Assembly: GCA_010093815.1 (NCBI GenBank)
Contig: ML996572.1
Length of the DNA: 64,000 nucleotides
Reading direction: 5' to 3' (one strand)
DNA from: Pseudovirgaria hyperparasitica
Taxonomy: Eukaryota
Part shown: positions 35,951 to 50,404 of the stretch, in pieces
Position numbering within the stretch: the stretch's first letter is position 1
Layout: each line of letters opens with the position of its first letter
Made by a program: the position numbers and the translations under genes
The notes under the pieces: generated by a model
Seen by the model: only the letters and a program-made list of their open reading frames with translations
The model's database searches: none
What the model was told of the DNA's origin: nothing

Positions 35951-37096
35951 TCACTCAACCTCCCACTCCGCCGGCACCTCCGCCGGCCTCGCCCTCCCCA
36001 TCGACCAATCATTCCCCCTTAACGCCACAGAAACCGCAAACAACGCCAACGAATCCGCATTCCGCAGCGCGCTCTCCGGCCGCCGCGACCCCAGCATCAT
36101 CGCCTTATCCCAGCCATACGCTAGCCCACCGTCCTCGCCTCGCTCGTCGGTAGCAGCATTGTGGGGGCCCATGACGGCGCGGGTATGCGTGAGCTCGTGC
36201 AGGAGGGCGAAGGCGGGGAGGATGGTGCGGATGTCGTCGAGGTGGCGGATTAGAGGCGGGTTTGTGGGTGGGGGGTGGGCGTCGAGGGTGGTGTGGGGGA
36301 CCGGGAAGGTGGTTGTGAGGATGGTGGGGAGGGATGTGTTGCTGACGGTTGTGAACCAGGATGGGCCTTTTGGGGGTGGGTTAGTGGGTTTGTGTTTTGG
36401 GAGGAGAGGGAGGATAGATTAGGGAAGAGGGGCAGGGGGGGGAGGGGACGTACATATAACTATGATTTCGTCTTTGAATATGCGGAGGACGTCGAGGTCG
36501 ATGTGGCGTTGCTGGATGTATGCGGCAACGTAGCGGCCTGCGCCGTCGTGTGCTTGTTGGCAGCCATAGTGTGGTGCGGCGAGCAGCGGGTCGTCGTTAC
36601 AGTAGATTGGGAGGTCGAGATTGCGGATGTTGCTAAAGGTGCTGTATACGTGGCGGATCTGTGGTGAGAGATGAATGTCAGTCAAACACACTCCTGAAGT
36701 TTGTGCTAGGGCAGTGACCTTATCAAAGCGAGCCTTGAGGACAGACCGGGAAGTTCTGCCATCTATAATTCCGAAGAGCATTTCATAGGTGTATATAAGG
36801 CGGCGGTAGTTCTCCCCCTGAGGACCCTTCTCGCGCATTCGCGCGTCCAGGCGATTTGTGTCGCCGAGAAATGGCTCGATAAGATCGAGATCTTTCAGGG
36901 CTTGGCGGGTGATTGCTTGGACGTCGTGGATGGCGTGGTCGACTTTGATAGTCTGTGCTGTGGTGCATGTGTCGCTGTCGAAATGCATGGTGATGTAGCT
37001 GGCGCTTCGGAATGCGGGCATGTAGGGACGTACGAAGGGGGCGAGTAATGGGATGAGTATACCGGTGACAATCAGGGAGAAGAGGAGGTGAGGCAT
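35951..37096 (-). CDS. Secreted or membrane-anchored HExxH metallopeptidase (M35/aspzincin-like), 2 exons
   Basis: N-terminal hydrophobic segment. Intron 36453-36367 joins IIVICPSWF. Exon 2 has LLHELTH, AYGW and ALRNADSLALFA. Confidence 0.8.
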
Positions 37097-37756
37097 GTTT
37101 GCATACTTGATTAGATTTGAAAAACGCGTTGAAGTGAGAGAGTCAGTAGGAGCTATTTTTTCACGTAGTCGAATGAAAATTCATTTGGAGAGTAGAAGAG
37201 TAGATCGTAGAGAATGCGTAAAGCTATATGTAGCTGAGACGGAAAGGCATGGTCACTACAAATATTCTCTTGAGTTCTCTTGTTTGCAATAGGGATTTTC
37301 GACAGGGGTATGGTCGGTGAAATTCGCGTGTCAACATGGCACTCAAACAATGCCTATTGTCACCCTGCCTAGCGCGCAAGCGGGTCTCTACATTGCATAC
37401 GCAGCTTTTTCAGTGTTGTCGCCTAGCCGACGACGTGATCTCACTGTCATTCCGCTCTAACAATTGCAAGTCAGTGCCTTTAAATGGACTACCACTCTCC
37501 TTGCAAGACCACTGGACTATGGGCAAGGCGCATCGTGCAAAGACCTGCCAGTATAATGCCAATAATCAAAAGCTTATCACGTTAACAACTCCCCAGCTCA
37601 CCGTCATCTCACAATGCCCACGAGCACAACACATATTACGCACACACACATTCCACGGATCACAGCACACAACCATACTCTGACTCAGACATTATCACAT
37701 TACTATTCAAGTCCATCTCCATACCAATCCTCATAAACCCTCCCCTGAAAATCATC

Positions 37757-39771
37757 TCAATGAATATCAACAGCCACGCGATTCGTCATAAACCTCTTGA
37801 TATTCGGCAAGAAGCAACTCGCAACAATGCTCACCGCTCCAAACGCAATACTCGCATACCACACCCCTTTCAAGCTCTCCGTAAATGCCCAACGCGCCTG
37901 CAGCCCGCCAACCTGCAGAATCTCCATCGTAACTCCGGGGATTGTGAGCGCGGATGTTGGATCGGTGAAGAGGGCACCGATGAAGGCCTCGACAGAGTCG
38001 ACTGGCAACCCTGCTGCGACGACGGCCGGGGCGATGAGTTTGGGTACGTTGGTCATGAAAGAGGTGTTGAAGATGTTGTAGTAGATGGTCGTGCCGACGG
38101 AGCCACCGAGGAAGCGCACGGCGAGGGATAGTGCGGCCGTGGTGCCGATATATGCGTCAGGGCCTGGAATGATGTGTGAGCTAAATAGGAGGGTACTGGG
38201 CGCTACAAGAGACTTACAGCAATAGAGGGCGACGGTCAGGCAAGGCACAATCACACCTCCAATACCGAGCGAGCCAAGGGTGGCGAATGCTACGGACCGC
38301 GGCATGTTGAAGGGCGTGGCCGAAGCAAGCGAGCCGCAGAAGGCAGTCATAAGTACGGAGCAGGTTACGAACATCCAGGCGACGCGGCCGCGGCTGTATG
38401 TGATGCCGGCACTGACTAGACAGGCCCCGATCAAGATAGCAAGAGGATACCAGAAGCCGCGGAGGCCAGTCTGCAATGAGTCAGTACATACAATGGTGAA
38501 TATGAAAAAGTAGTGATGTACCTGTTCAGGGCTTGCTGGCCAGACGTTCTGCAGCATCAGAGGGAAAAAGCCAAGAATTGAGTAGAATTCCATACCTATT
38601 TACAAGATTAGTTGATGAGCTTGTTGGTGAATGCTTCAGAGAAGAGTGCATGGTTCATACCCGCAATGAAGACTATGATGTACGACATCAGCACAACGCG
38701 CTGGCCTTTGAAAATTGCCGCAGGCACCATCGGGAATTTTGGGATGAACGCCTCGTACACGCAGAATGCGACGATGAGGAGAATGCCAATGATCAGTGGT
38801 GCAAGAGTAGTAGCGCTCGTCCAGGGCGCCTGGTAGCCGCCATACTGAAGACCTACGAGAAACAGCGTGACTCCGCTGATGCTCAAGAAAGCACCGCCCC
38901 AGTCAATGCGCTTCAAGATGTCCATTCTCGATAGATCATCGACCATATGACGTGGCGGTGGATGGTAGCAGAGGATGATACCGATCGTGCCGATACCGTT
39001 CCAGATGGCAGCAATGCCGAGTGCCCAGCGCCAGGTGGAGTGTGCGTGGAGCTCTTCAATGTAGAGGATGTATGGGATGAATGGTAGAATGCTGAATGTG
39101 ACGACCGAGAGCGTCACTCCGCGATACCGAACGGGCTGGACGCCTGGTCAGCATAAATGTTGATGAAGAATATGAGAAGCCGCTTACAGTGATCTCGGCA
39201 ACACCAGCCAAAGCCGTCAGTTCGCATATGCCGGCGCCAATACCACCCAGAGCTTGTGCAGTGACAGAGGAGCCCAGTGATTTGGAAGTTGCTTGCACAA
39301 CACTGGCGACAATCAGTAGCAGAGAGCCGAAGATGGTCACGTATCGCCTCCCTAGAAGATCACTGATATACCCTACAAAGGGGCATATAGCACTACCACA
39401 TTGTTAACGAGTGAAAGTCGTCCATGCAGGAGGGAAACATACGTAACAGCAAGAGTATTTGCAGTCAGCAGCCAATTAGGATACTTGGTACCGATGCTCG
39501 CTCCGATGTAGTTGAGTGTGCCGCCTGTCATGTAAAGAATCGACTGAGCACCTGCAAAGCCAAGTCAGCAGCTGAATTGTAGATGACCAAGCCAAGTCTA
39601 CTCACCAACATAGACCAGACAAAGTGACACGACAGCCACAACCCTCGTCAACGTCCATGGTACTTGTGAAGCAGACTTCGCCTCTGTGAGAGGTGCCCCA
39701 GTTGCATTGTGCTTGCCCTTTTCGTCTCCACTACTCTCAACGTCGGGGTCTCTGTTGTAGTTGCTCTCCAT
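37757..39771 (-). CDS. MFS transporter, TRI12 (trichothecene efflux pump)-like family, multi-exon
   Basis: SDLLGRRY, GICELTALAGVAEI, TWRWA, YHPPPR, IDWGGAFLSISG.TLFLVGLQYGG..PW.S, RFLGGSVG, MTNRVAV. Start codon uncertain. Confidence 0.88.
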
Positions 39772-40874
39772 CGCTTGAGCCTCCACTTCGCGTGGTCCGT
39801 CTATATTCTGTTGAAATGAAGCTTTGGCACGGCAAGGAAAGTTCGACGCGACTCTAAATACCAACACATTCTCGTCATCGTGGGATGTAGCCTTTTATGT
39901 ACCTTTGTCCACAAAGACTATTCCCGCATGGTCAACATTAGACCCGATCCTTCATACAAGATCATCATCAGTTGGAACGCGAGACAAGTGTGAGGCACGG
40001 CTCATCTTGTCCAATAAACACCATCAATACGTTTGCTTGTCGGGGCCTACATAGGTCTCGAACCTAAACCCGCACGGAACGCATCGAGAAGCGTGCAGAT
40101 GTGGAGATAGTCTGCGATGAAAACCTGGGGAATATCATGCGGGGGGACGCCTCAAATAACACCAGTGATGGGAATAACTAGCGCTGGGGGCTATTCCCAT
40201 AGACGCTAAGCCTTTCTGGGAGTACTTAGCCTGCAAAGTGTGCGCTAGTGCCGAATGATTACCTGTAAGAGCTTAGCGTGTTGATGGGTGGACAGCCGTT
40301 CTTGGGACGCCCATTACGCCTTATGCTTCTCTTTGAACGCGGTAGTCACGCGCTCCTCGTTTACTGTTGCTTTATCAAGTCATGAAAACGTCCAGATTGT
40401 CGTGTCAGTATTTCCGACATCATGGTCGGCCGAAGCCACGGCGAGGAGGCATGAGATGTGGCTTATTCCCTCCAAACGGATGGACGAGACGTTTGTACCT
40501 GAAGATTGGAGACATTCATGGTTAGTCGACGTTGTCAACTAGGTGCTAGAACAACAAAGCCAAGACTCGTGGTCGGTTTTACTATGATGGATCGTCAGGC
40601 CTGACGGCTGCAGAGACCAGCGTCATTCTAGTGGGATGCACGGCGGAGCAAATCGGAGGATGACAACATGATGATCAATGAAGTTTAGCCCTATATAGCA
40701 AAGAGCTATTATCACAATATGACTCTCCAAACCTCTGTCCAAAGATCCACATGATAGTCTATATGTGCCTCACGGAGAACAAGATCTTTTCTCTCGATAA
40801 TTGCAAAATACTACTCAGAATGTCAGTTGATCGGCCTTCCAGAGGCTCAAGTCCTTCATCTCGTGTGCTGAGCA

Positions 40875-43800
40875 TCACATCTCCTCTTTCACTGCAACAT
40901 CTGGCTCCGCAGCCTCGAAATCGCCTTGTTCCAGGATCGTTCCTGTGCAAATCTTTCCTATATGTGTGCGATCAATCGTCACACAGTTTCTACGAATGTT
41001 CGCCATGAGAACCTTGATGAAGGGCACTGGACTGCGTTGGAAGCCTTCAGAGCCTGGTTGCTGGACAACATATCCATCAGGTTCGATGATCATACCTTGT
41101 TCCGCCGGGTAGTAAGCCAAACAGAGGTATCGACATAACTCAGTATACTCTTTGTAGGAGCCGAGGTATAATTGGCCAGCGAACAGGTTCAATTGGACAA
41201 CTAACTTGCGTGGCAGATATTTTGGATCGAAGTCCGCCCCTAAGGTGAACAGATCCAGCTTATCGAGCGGGCGGTACTGAAGATTAGGTCGTGGTGCGTA
41301 CACATGAAGCGTGACTTTCTTATACTTCTTAACGATCTCAATCAGGTGTTGAGCCTCGAAAGGACTAATGATGATAACGAACTTGACGGTACCTCGATGC
41401 ACTTTGGTCAGTATCCACTGCACCGGGCGATAATACGAGTCACTGATAGCGTCCTTTGGCAACTCCTTGATCGTAGTGGCAAAGTCAACGGTCACAAGTA
41501 AGTCCTCAGTAAATTGAGCGACGTCAAAATCAGATGCGCTACAATCCCTGAGGCTGTCGTATGCTGGAATAAAGGCATCCGACCTCAGGTCTAGCTTTCC
41601 AGTTCTCGCCAAGACTTCTACTGCTCTGTGCAGTACATGGTCAGCTGGATCTACTGGCGCAGGATGCTCGACGTTCTGTTCTTCTTCTGCCTCGGGGTTA
41701 AGTTCCCTCTCTTGCTCCTCAGCCAGAGATGTAGCGTTGAATTTCACGCATGCGAACTTGCGGCAGCGGTCAACGATACTCTGGATGCTAGGCTTCGCGA
41801 CGTCAAATATTGTCTCAATGTTCTGTTTGGATTCAGGCTTAGGTCTGAAGCGATACTCGAGTGTCTTAGCCTCTGGCTCGAGGAACCGCTCTGCTTCGTT
41901 CTTTGACATTGAATAATAGCCTTGTTCGTGAGAACCTCGTTCAGCTTTCTGCCATATAGGCACCTGATCTTCGAAGCGTTTCCCCTGAGCGGCCCACAGA
42001 GGCATACTGTGCTGTAAGTCGAGGCACGACTCCCCAACTGCCCAAGACAAAACGTCCTTGACCTCAATGATAGGTTCCGTTGGTGGTTTCGTGTCCGCGA
42101 TAGCTTCAATACGACTTTTGCGTTCCAAGATTTTTGATTGTATTTCGGTTGGAACACAGAACACTACCGACTGCGACTTACCCAACCTCCGCATGCGCAT
42201 ACAGGCTTGGCACAATCGGTCCTTGGTGAGTCGAGCTCCCAGGGTGACGGCTGCGCGGTATGTTGCGGGAAGAGAGATGTCTATACCTCTCGCGTGTTGT
42301 TCTGAGAGAAAGACAAGACACAGATGGGTCTGCTTACTAAATGGAGAGGACTGCAACGCTTCAACATGACCGGTTCGATCGAGCACAGTAATCACATCGT
42401 TGTCGTCAACGAATATGACTGCTTTGGTATCCTCTTGGTGTACTATTTTCTCCAGCCATTGCGCTGCGACTTGGCGACTGCTGAGCTCTAGAATAAATGC
42501 CCCTACGTCGATGATCACGCGAGGCAGCGGATCCAGTTTGAGGACCAGATCGAGAAGTATATCTGCATCCGAAGCTAAGCTTGAAGAGGCTCTTGGGGGT
42601 ATAAGCTCCACAGAAGTTTCACTCTGCAGTAGATAGCTAAGCACCAGCGCATTTGTGTGACGCTGTGCAGCCAAGTCCAAATGCGTGACTGAGAGCGGGA
42701 GAAGATGGTGAGCATCGTTGGTACCACTGAAACCAGTGGTCGGATGTACTTTTTCTCGTCCGATGTCCCACCCGCTAGAGGACAGCTTCTGGGGAAACTC
42801 GCGTATTTCCGCGCAGAACACCATGTTCGAGAGATACCAGTCTACAACAACTTTGGAAAATCGGAGATGAGGAAATATTTGATCGGTGCAGATCACTCTG
42901 TCCTTCATGTTGATTCCTGCCAGTTGATGAAAATCCTGTGGGAGCTCTGGTGACGAACGTACCCACTCTCCAAACTCACCATCAGCTTGGTCACTACGAA
43001 GAAGCTTTCCAAAAGTGAGAAACATTTCTTCGTCACTGAGACCTCCATAGTAATAACTCAGAGAACTGAGGATAATGGTAACGTCTGGGTGCGAGAATTC
43101 TGATCGTTGGGACGGTGTATCCTTCGCGCGGTAAGGCACAGCCAGTCGACTTCTGGGTATTCGTGCTGGGTCGAGGCCGTAATTGACCTTCCAACGTTTT
43201 GCAAGCAGCGCGAATGATACGATGCCACCAGCGATGAGGCCTCGTAAAAGCAGAAGGTAATTCTTCGTTGATGGCGCGAAAAAAGCATGAATTTGGTCGG
43301 TCTCCACATGCGAGATCTCTTCTGATGTCAGATCAGGCTTCGAAATATATATCAAGACCGCCTGCCGGACATGTTCTGGCTGTCTTGAAATCGGGAACCC
43401 GGGTAGTCCAATAGAACAGATATGCTCCGTAATCAAGTTCAGTAGAAGTTCGGCTGCATCGGACCGAAGTATTCTTACCCGTGGAAAGCGCCCTGTGCGT
43501 CGTTCGTCTATCTCGATCGATTTTGGCAGGCTCTTCTGGACTTTAGGAGCAAAGCGCGGAATGAGTTCCAACAGCGACTGTATGACGTTCCATCTCTGCG
43601 GCGAGAACTCCACAGGACGTTGTAGGCCCATGGTGTATATCATCTCGAAACGGACCGAGAAATTCTCGTCGCTCTCATCTACGATATCTCTGGAATTTGA
43701 ATTCAGGAAACGCTGTATATTTAGTAGAATTTGCCCAACCTGATCCTGCCCAGAGATTGTACAGTCCAGTCCCATCAATTGAAAGGACAATATATGTTCA

Positions 43801-46800
43801 GGTTGGACTAAAAGCACACCGCCGTTTTTGAGACAGTTCTTCATCTGCCTTTCGACAGCTTTAGCCTGGTCTAGATTCAGGGTCAAGGAGCGTGAAAACG
43901 GCATGTGGTGAATCTGTCGATCGAGCAACCCGCCTAACTTTGAAACCAGCATGGAAAAGGCTTGTTTTGATTGAGGCTTCGATACGATTACGCGCGTTAG
44001 GGTCTCTCCCGTAGAGGAAGCAGCAGCAACAAGGGGCACGATGACTGAGCTTTTGCCTAACCCCATCATCAGTTGCGAAATCGAGTTCTTGTTGTCTGGT
44101 GGGCTTTGCATGTGCTGTGCAGTTTCCATTTGAACTGCCCGGATAGCAATGGCACTTTCAATTTCGAGAAGTAAAGCTTCAGGGTATTCTGATGCTTTCC
44201 AGTTGGAGTGTCCTTGGTTTGACAGCTCATTCGAAAGTGCAGTCATGTTCGATGACAAAGAAAGAAGCCTTTCAGCTCTCTGCACTTGTGTCAGTGCCAG
44301 ACCATATTTTATGATACAGTCCTTCCAGGCTTGCGGCAACAAGACCCAGCGTTTGTGCTGCAATTGTTGTACAAAGAGTTTAGGGCATATTCGCGGGAAG
44401 GCTCCAGTTCGGATTGCCAACTTTCGAGCCCAAGAATGGTCATCGGTGATAGCCTGCTTAATTGCATCAAACAAAACTTGCAGATACTGGTTACTGCTTG
44501 CGAGGAATGCGGTCAACTCTTCCTGGACATTTTGGCAGTCAGGGTGGATCCGCTGCCTATCTTGATGGACACCTGATTCTTGAAGTGAAGCAGCACTTAC
44601 CCTTAGAGTTTTTACGTACTCTATTTCGTGTGCTGCAACGGCCTGGAGCTCAAGAATAGACAGTAAGTCCGATAAAGTAGGGTTTGCCAAATGCTCCTGT
44701 ACTATATATCTGAAAACAGTCGGAGAGGAAGGATCTGTCGGCGGCTGCGTCGGTATCTCAGGAGCCATAGGTTTGAACACATCCTGCTCGCTAAAGTGGT
44801 GCTCCCTGAGCGGTGCATCAGTTGCATCGATATCATCATCGTAGCAGTAAGGGGAAATAGCAACAGGCTCGATCGCCAAAGTCCTGACGGTCTTTTCAAT
44901 CTTGACTAGATACTCAGCAAATTGGTAATTGTCGTACCGAAGCTTGAAATATTCTTTCACGCTCGCAATGGCTTTTTTAACGTCAATGTAGATGTCGAAC
45001 TGACCTATTGGAAGGTGCGGTTCTCTGCATGGCCACTGGTCACACAAAGCTGTAATGAAATCTGCCAAGCATTTGGTCTGCAAACGTTGATAAGCGCGAT
45101 GACGTCGTAGGACAAGTGCTTCATCATCCTCTTTCTTTTTTGGTATTGTCTTCGGCAGCTTTGACTCCGGACACTGATCTACAGGTACCAAAGCCGGCTC
45201 GAGAAGGTCTTCCAATTCGTGCACAACCAACGCCTTGCCCAGACCAAAGTTACACAATGGCACATCTGGTGGGCGTATTTGTGCTAGAGCCGGAGCAGAG
45301 TAGAATGATGACATCGTTTGGACAATATCCATACTCCCATCTTCTGTGAATGCGATGGTTGACAGCCAGATCATGACTTGGAATATACTGTACAACTCCG
45401 ATGAGCGTGCTAATGACTCCTGTATCCGACACCAGGATTCAGATAAAGTTTGTTTCGGCTTGACTAGCCATAGGCTATCAAAAGCCAAGTAGGATACATC
45501 AATAGCAGGAAGAGGGTTCTGTAGCCTTGTGGTCTGCACAATAGACTCCCATATGTCGTTATGATAGTCGGGACTCAGCACTGTGTGCACAACTTCACGC
45601 CTTCGGAAGATTAGAGAAGCTGCTACGAAGCATGATTGTGCCCTGTTGCTATTGAGACCGCAATCTCTTGATATATATCTGACATCGTTGGCAGTGTCGA
45701 AATCTTCAGCCCCGAATCCATGGATGTGGAATGCTGCACACCGAATGTTGTCACGCTCCACTAAATGTTGGCTCGTCATTGTCAGGGTAGGAGGTTCGAT
45801 GTAATTTTCAGACTTAAGATAAAAGAGACTTTGTTCTCTTGCCTGGTCATACAAGGACTCAACTGTAGTACGGAAAGAGTTATGTTGTGCCAAAGAATTG
45901 AGGTTCTTGTCCCATACAACGTGATGCGAAATGAATGTTCCATTGAAAGGAAGAATTCTGGCAGGGCTGAGTTCGCTAATGCACTTCAGCAGATCCAGAG
46001 TATCGGACGAAAGGTAGTCGAACGAACGAACAGACGCAGATCTGAGTATCGTAAGTGCTTCCTCAGTTCCAGTCTTATGTGTGAGCGGGTCTGGTAGGCA
46101 TCCAGATGTGACTGCATGTAGGTAGCTCAGCAAAAGTCTACTGTGTAGGGTACCATCGTCATTCAGTCGTCCTAGAAGTTTGTCGATCGAAAATCGATGT
46201 ATTCGGCTGACTGCGTTTGTGCTGCTAGCACTGATGGTCACGAGAACGTGGTGCCCAGCTTTAACGTATTGGATTGCGTTCTCGGGCACCAACAATATTC
46301 TATCGTTCCTGTCGTTGCTATCTTTCAGGACCAGCTTATTCTTCAGGCCGATTAGAGAGCCAATATCTTGAGAGCTGTCCACAACGAAGTCCTGGAATTG
46401 ATCAGACTGTATGAACGCGGTTCCCTTTTTCAACCGGAAGCTGAGTTGAAGTCGGGTCAGATCAATTTTCAGACAGTCATCAGCGTTATCATGTGTCACT
46501 ATAGCATGATCAGGTTCCTCAATCACCGAGAATATACGAGTAAGGGTCTGGGCTGAAAGGCGAGTCTTGTTGATGAGCTTTAGTGATCCTTTGGACAGCA
46601 CCCATGAGGTGCGAGTTCTCATCTTTGTCAGTGTCCAATTTAAAGGTGACGAATCCCACGGTCTTGAAGACGGACGGAACTCTATCCGTTCTTCAGATCT
46701 TTCCAGCCAATGGCAAAAACCATCAATAAAACAGTCCGGGAAATCCGCTTTGAACAGCCGGGGAGGCAAGAGCTCAAAGAGTGCACCACTTGTTGAGGTT

Positions 46801-49800
46801 GCTTTGATTAGGAGATCATCCTCCAAAGGGTCATCCTTTCTTCTATCGAAAGACGTGAGACTAAAGTCTAAATTGCATCCAGCCCATGGCTGTTTTGTCG
46901 CGAATTCCATGCCTGGAGATTGGGATGGGCAAACTTCTAGAGCGGTGCGCCCGAGCAAAAGTCTATAAGTCGGATGCATTTCGTACTTTCCTGGTAGGCG
47001 TGCCAGAGGTACCCCGTTTACAAGTAATTCTGCAGTTACGAGGTTGAAATGGACTGTGTTCTTGACGCCGTGGGGCGGATCACTCTCGAGCCAATGTTCA
47101 CAAGGATCTGCAAGAGCATGCCACGATCCTGCCTGATAGCTGGTCCATGAGTGGCTTATGGCTTCATCCAGAGAGCCGTTTTCCTGCTCCGTTATATGTT
47201 CAGCCAGTCTTGATCGACATTGATACATCAATTTTCGCCAGCGATGGATGCATGCCAGGAGTAAATGGTCTCCTGTATCTCTATTGCTGTCTGTCCATTC
47301 CCGACAGACTATCGCAGACTGTAAAAGCATTGCCGCTTCTTGAGTCGACGAGAGAAGGACGTCAAGATGCCGCTGTTCAACTTCAAAGGTCATTACAACC
47401 GCCGTTGCGATCTCGACGGCTCGATCCGTTTGCTCGCCACGTGCGGTCTCCTCTGTGAACATATTTGCGTTATTCCGTAGACCGATCAGCCAGGTGAATG
47501 CTATAGCACGAGCGGCGGACAGAAATTCCAGACACTCCGCTTCTACAGTTACCGATGCGGTCAAAGATAGAATACGTGACGCCAAGGAAATGAAAATTTT
47601 GACGGCATGAGAGGACTCCACATTCTGCTTCACTCTTGCGAGCGCTTCTCCAAGTTTGGTCATGAACTTCAGTCCGAATGATTCATCAAGAACAGGCTCA
47701 TGACTTGAACGAGTAATTTCATTCTGCGTATTAGGCCCTGCTTGATTAATAAGCTGAAGAATGAGAGCAGATGTCTCCTTTTTGGAGAAATCTAACGTAG
47801 GTACGGAGATCTGAACAAGAATATTCAACCACTGAAGGCGATGACCAAGTGGAAGTGCTGCATATGTTCGATATTCATCAAGGGAAAGTGTTTCTGGGCA
47901 TGACCATTGAGATGAGATAACCTCGTTAGGAGGTGGACCGTCCGGTTGTGTAAATGGACGATGTAGAAACTTCTGTAGCGTAATCGAGCTTGCGGGAAGT
48001 TGGTAAGTACAAAAGGCATGGAATTCTTTCGTAGGGCGGGGGGCAGAAGTAAATGAGGTCGCTCTGTGATCATAGTACTCCCAGTGGAGAGGACTGGCCA
48101 GGCATACGTCATTCTCCTTCAACTCTGTGATGTGCTTGAAACTGCGCTTCAAGACGGAACCCAGTTGAGACCTTGCTGTAGTAGCTACATCAATATGCCG
48201 TGACTTCCAAGCGTCAGAGTCTCGGAAGTTCTTAAGACCACTGTAGGTGTTGGCCAACAGCTTTGGCCTCGATTGGCCCGGACACACATAATCACACTTG
48301 AGTGTGGCCATAAGAATGAAATGAAGCCCATCTCTCCAGGCTTGGAATGAACGTGGAACTCTGAGCTCAAAAACGAGAGCTTTCAGTTCGTTTTCGTCAC
48401 TGGGGAGTGGCCATTCGTACAGCTTGATTCGTATCTGGTCAGCCTTCTTAGAGAGCTGGCATCTTTTGCACTTTGGACTGTGTGTTTTCTCTATGGTGCC
48501 TCTGTACTTGTTCACAGTCGCCTCGATCATATCGCAGTGACCCTCACGATGTTGTCTCATGAGGCATTCGTGCTCTGCTACCTTTGCACTAAGCTCCTGG
48601 CATTTCTCGTCTCGGTCAATCAAGGCTTGTGCCTCAATCTCCTGGCGCAGACTTTTGTGGATGCCAGATGAGTCAAAAAAGCGAACAGCAAAGGATGCTG
48701 CATGGCCAAAGTTATGAAACATGGAAACGGGTAAGCTGAGATCAGCTTTCGACTTTCGTTGCTTCAGGTAGTTCTCCAGCTTATGTAATCTCTCCATTTC
48801 CCGCCTTCGCGGGAGGATCAAGGATTGTAGAAGCTCAACAGGTATGTCAGGGTCATACTCACGAAGCAAAGTAAACATCGAGCATGCTGAGAGATCCATG
48901 GCGACCCATAGCTCGAAGAGAGTGATTACCATCATCGAACACGTCTCAGGATTCTGTTCATAGTGTGGTGCAGCCGCAGCGTGATAGGCTTCTATCAGAT
49001 CCTGAATCAGTGTGCACGAAGTCTTCTCGAACAAATTAGAATTAATCCAAGCTTCAAGATGTGTTTCGACCCATAACTCCGTGGCTAGTAGTTCGAGGGC
49101 AAGCTTTTCCTCGTCATCATCAGAGAAAACAATATCGGGGAAATCTTCGTCGTCGAAAGTGGGAAGCGTGTCTTTGGGCTCGTACTTTACCATTTTCTGG
49201 CGCTTGGCTTTTTTGCCCGTCGACGTAATGAATTTATCAAGTTTTGGAAGACGGTGATACGCGTCCTCTGCAGGCTGGAGGGACGAAAGACCTTCTAAGC
49301 GCAAATCATTCTTTGTTGAGTCCGTGACAACATTCCATCTAGTCTCAAGGAGAGCACGAGCAGCGACTATAGCTTCTTCAATATTATGTTGCCAAGGGCT
49401 GACGATGTCGCCAAGTTTAGTCACCCGACGACTAATCTTTGCAACCATGCACGAAAGAACATCAGAGGGTAATCCAATCTTCGTCGCGAGGCGGAGAATT
49501 TGGGACAAGGCTAAAGTCATGAAAAGCTTGTACAGTCCGTGCGGCTCAGTCGTACTAGAGCGTAGTCGGGCTTGAAGCATTACTCGCATCAATAGCCATA
49601 TCGGAGTTCGTCTCCAGGGTCGATGGCTCTCGGGGCCGACCACATCATCTCGGGTATTTTTGATGATACGAGAGGTGTTGTGAGGGCTCCCACAAGCTCT
49701 GATATAAGACATCAAAAGCTCCGTTACCAGTGACGGGTCTGGACTTTCGCGATCAAGCACATTTTTCGCATCGATCCTGTCCTGTTGATCCTCTGCGTCG

Positions 49801-50404
49801 ATACAGCTGAGGAAACTCAGCTTTCTGACTGTAGACACGAGAGTCGATTGGAACCCGTCGGCGCGAAAGACTGTGAGTGGAACTGCAAAACTCGATGATG
49901 GAAAGGTACGCTGCAGTCGACCTTTTGCTTTGATACAAGCGGAGTTATCTGGCGACAGCTCGAAACAATCAAAAACTACATTTTCGCCAGCGTTTGAGAT
50001 GATAAGTGCAGCATTGTGTGGTCGGATCAATAGCGGAATCGTGCCACCTGGTAGCTTTAGTAAATGATTACTTGCGTATTGTAGCAGGTCTCACCTCTGG
50101 GATGCAATTTTTGCAGCATTGTAGTCAGAGTTTCAGCATCAATCGCGCCTTGCTTGTCCATACATGCCTTCATGTTCTTGAACATTGATTGAGCCGAATC
50201 GATTGGACTAAGTTGACTGGGATTTGCCGAATCGGAGGCTTCTTCAAGCGCGCTCTGCATAAGCCCGAGTAATTCACGATCATATTGCACATTGTGGTCG
50301 TCTTTCGACGGTAGCCGTTTGGGAAGGTAACAATGGTTGACAAAATAGTTCACCGCTTGAGCGGTGGGCTCATCGCTGACAGACGAGGTATCTGAATCGC
50401 TCAT
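40875..50404 (-). CDS. Very large (~3150 aa) DUF6606/DUF3638/DUF3645-type protein with P-loop/DExD-like NTPase motifs
   Basis: Exon 1 (VNHCYLPKRLP) spliced via 50094-50048 to LLIRPHNAALI. Motifs HAVTSGCLPDPLTHKTGTEEAL, QLMMGLGKSSVI, DIVDESDE, LAVPYRAKDTPSQRSEFSHPD, GFSGTND, QACMRMRRLG, EEQERE, LNLFAGQLY. Confidence 0.85.
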
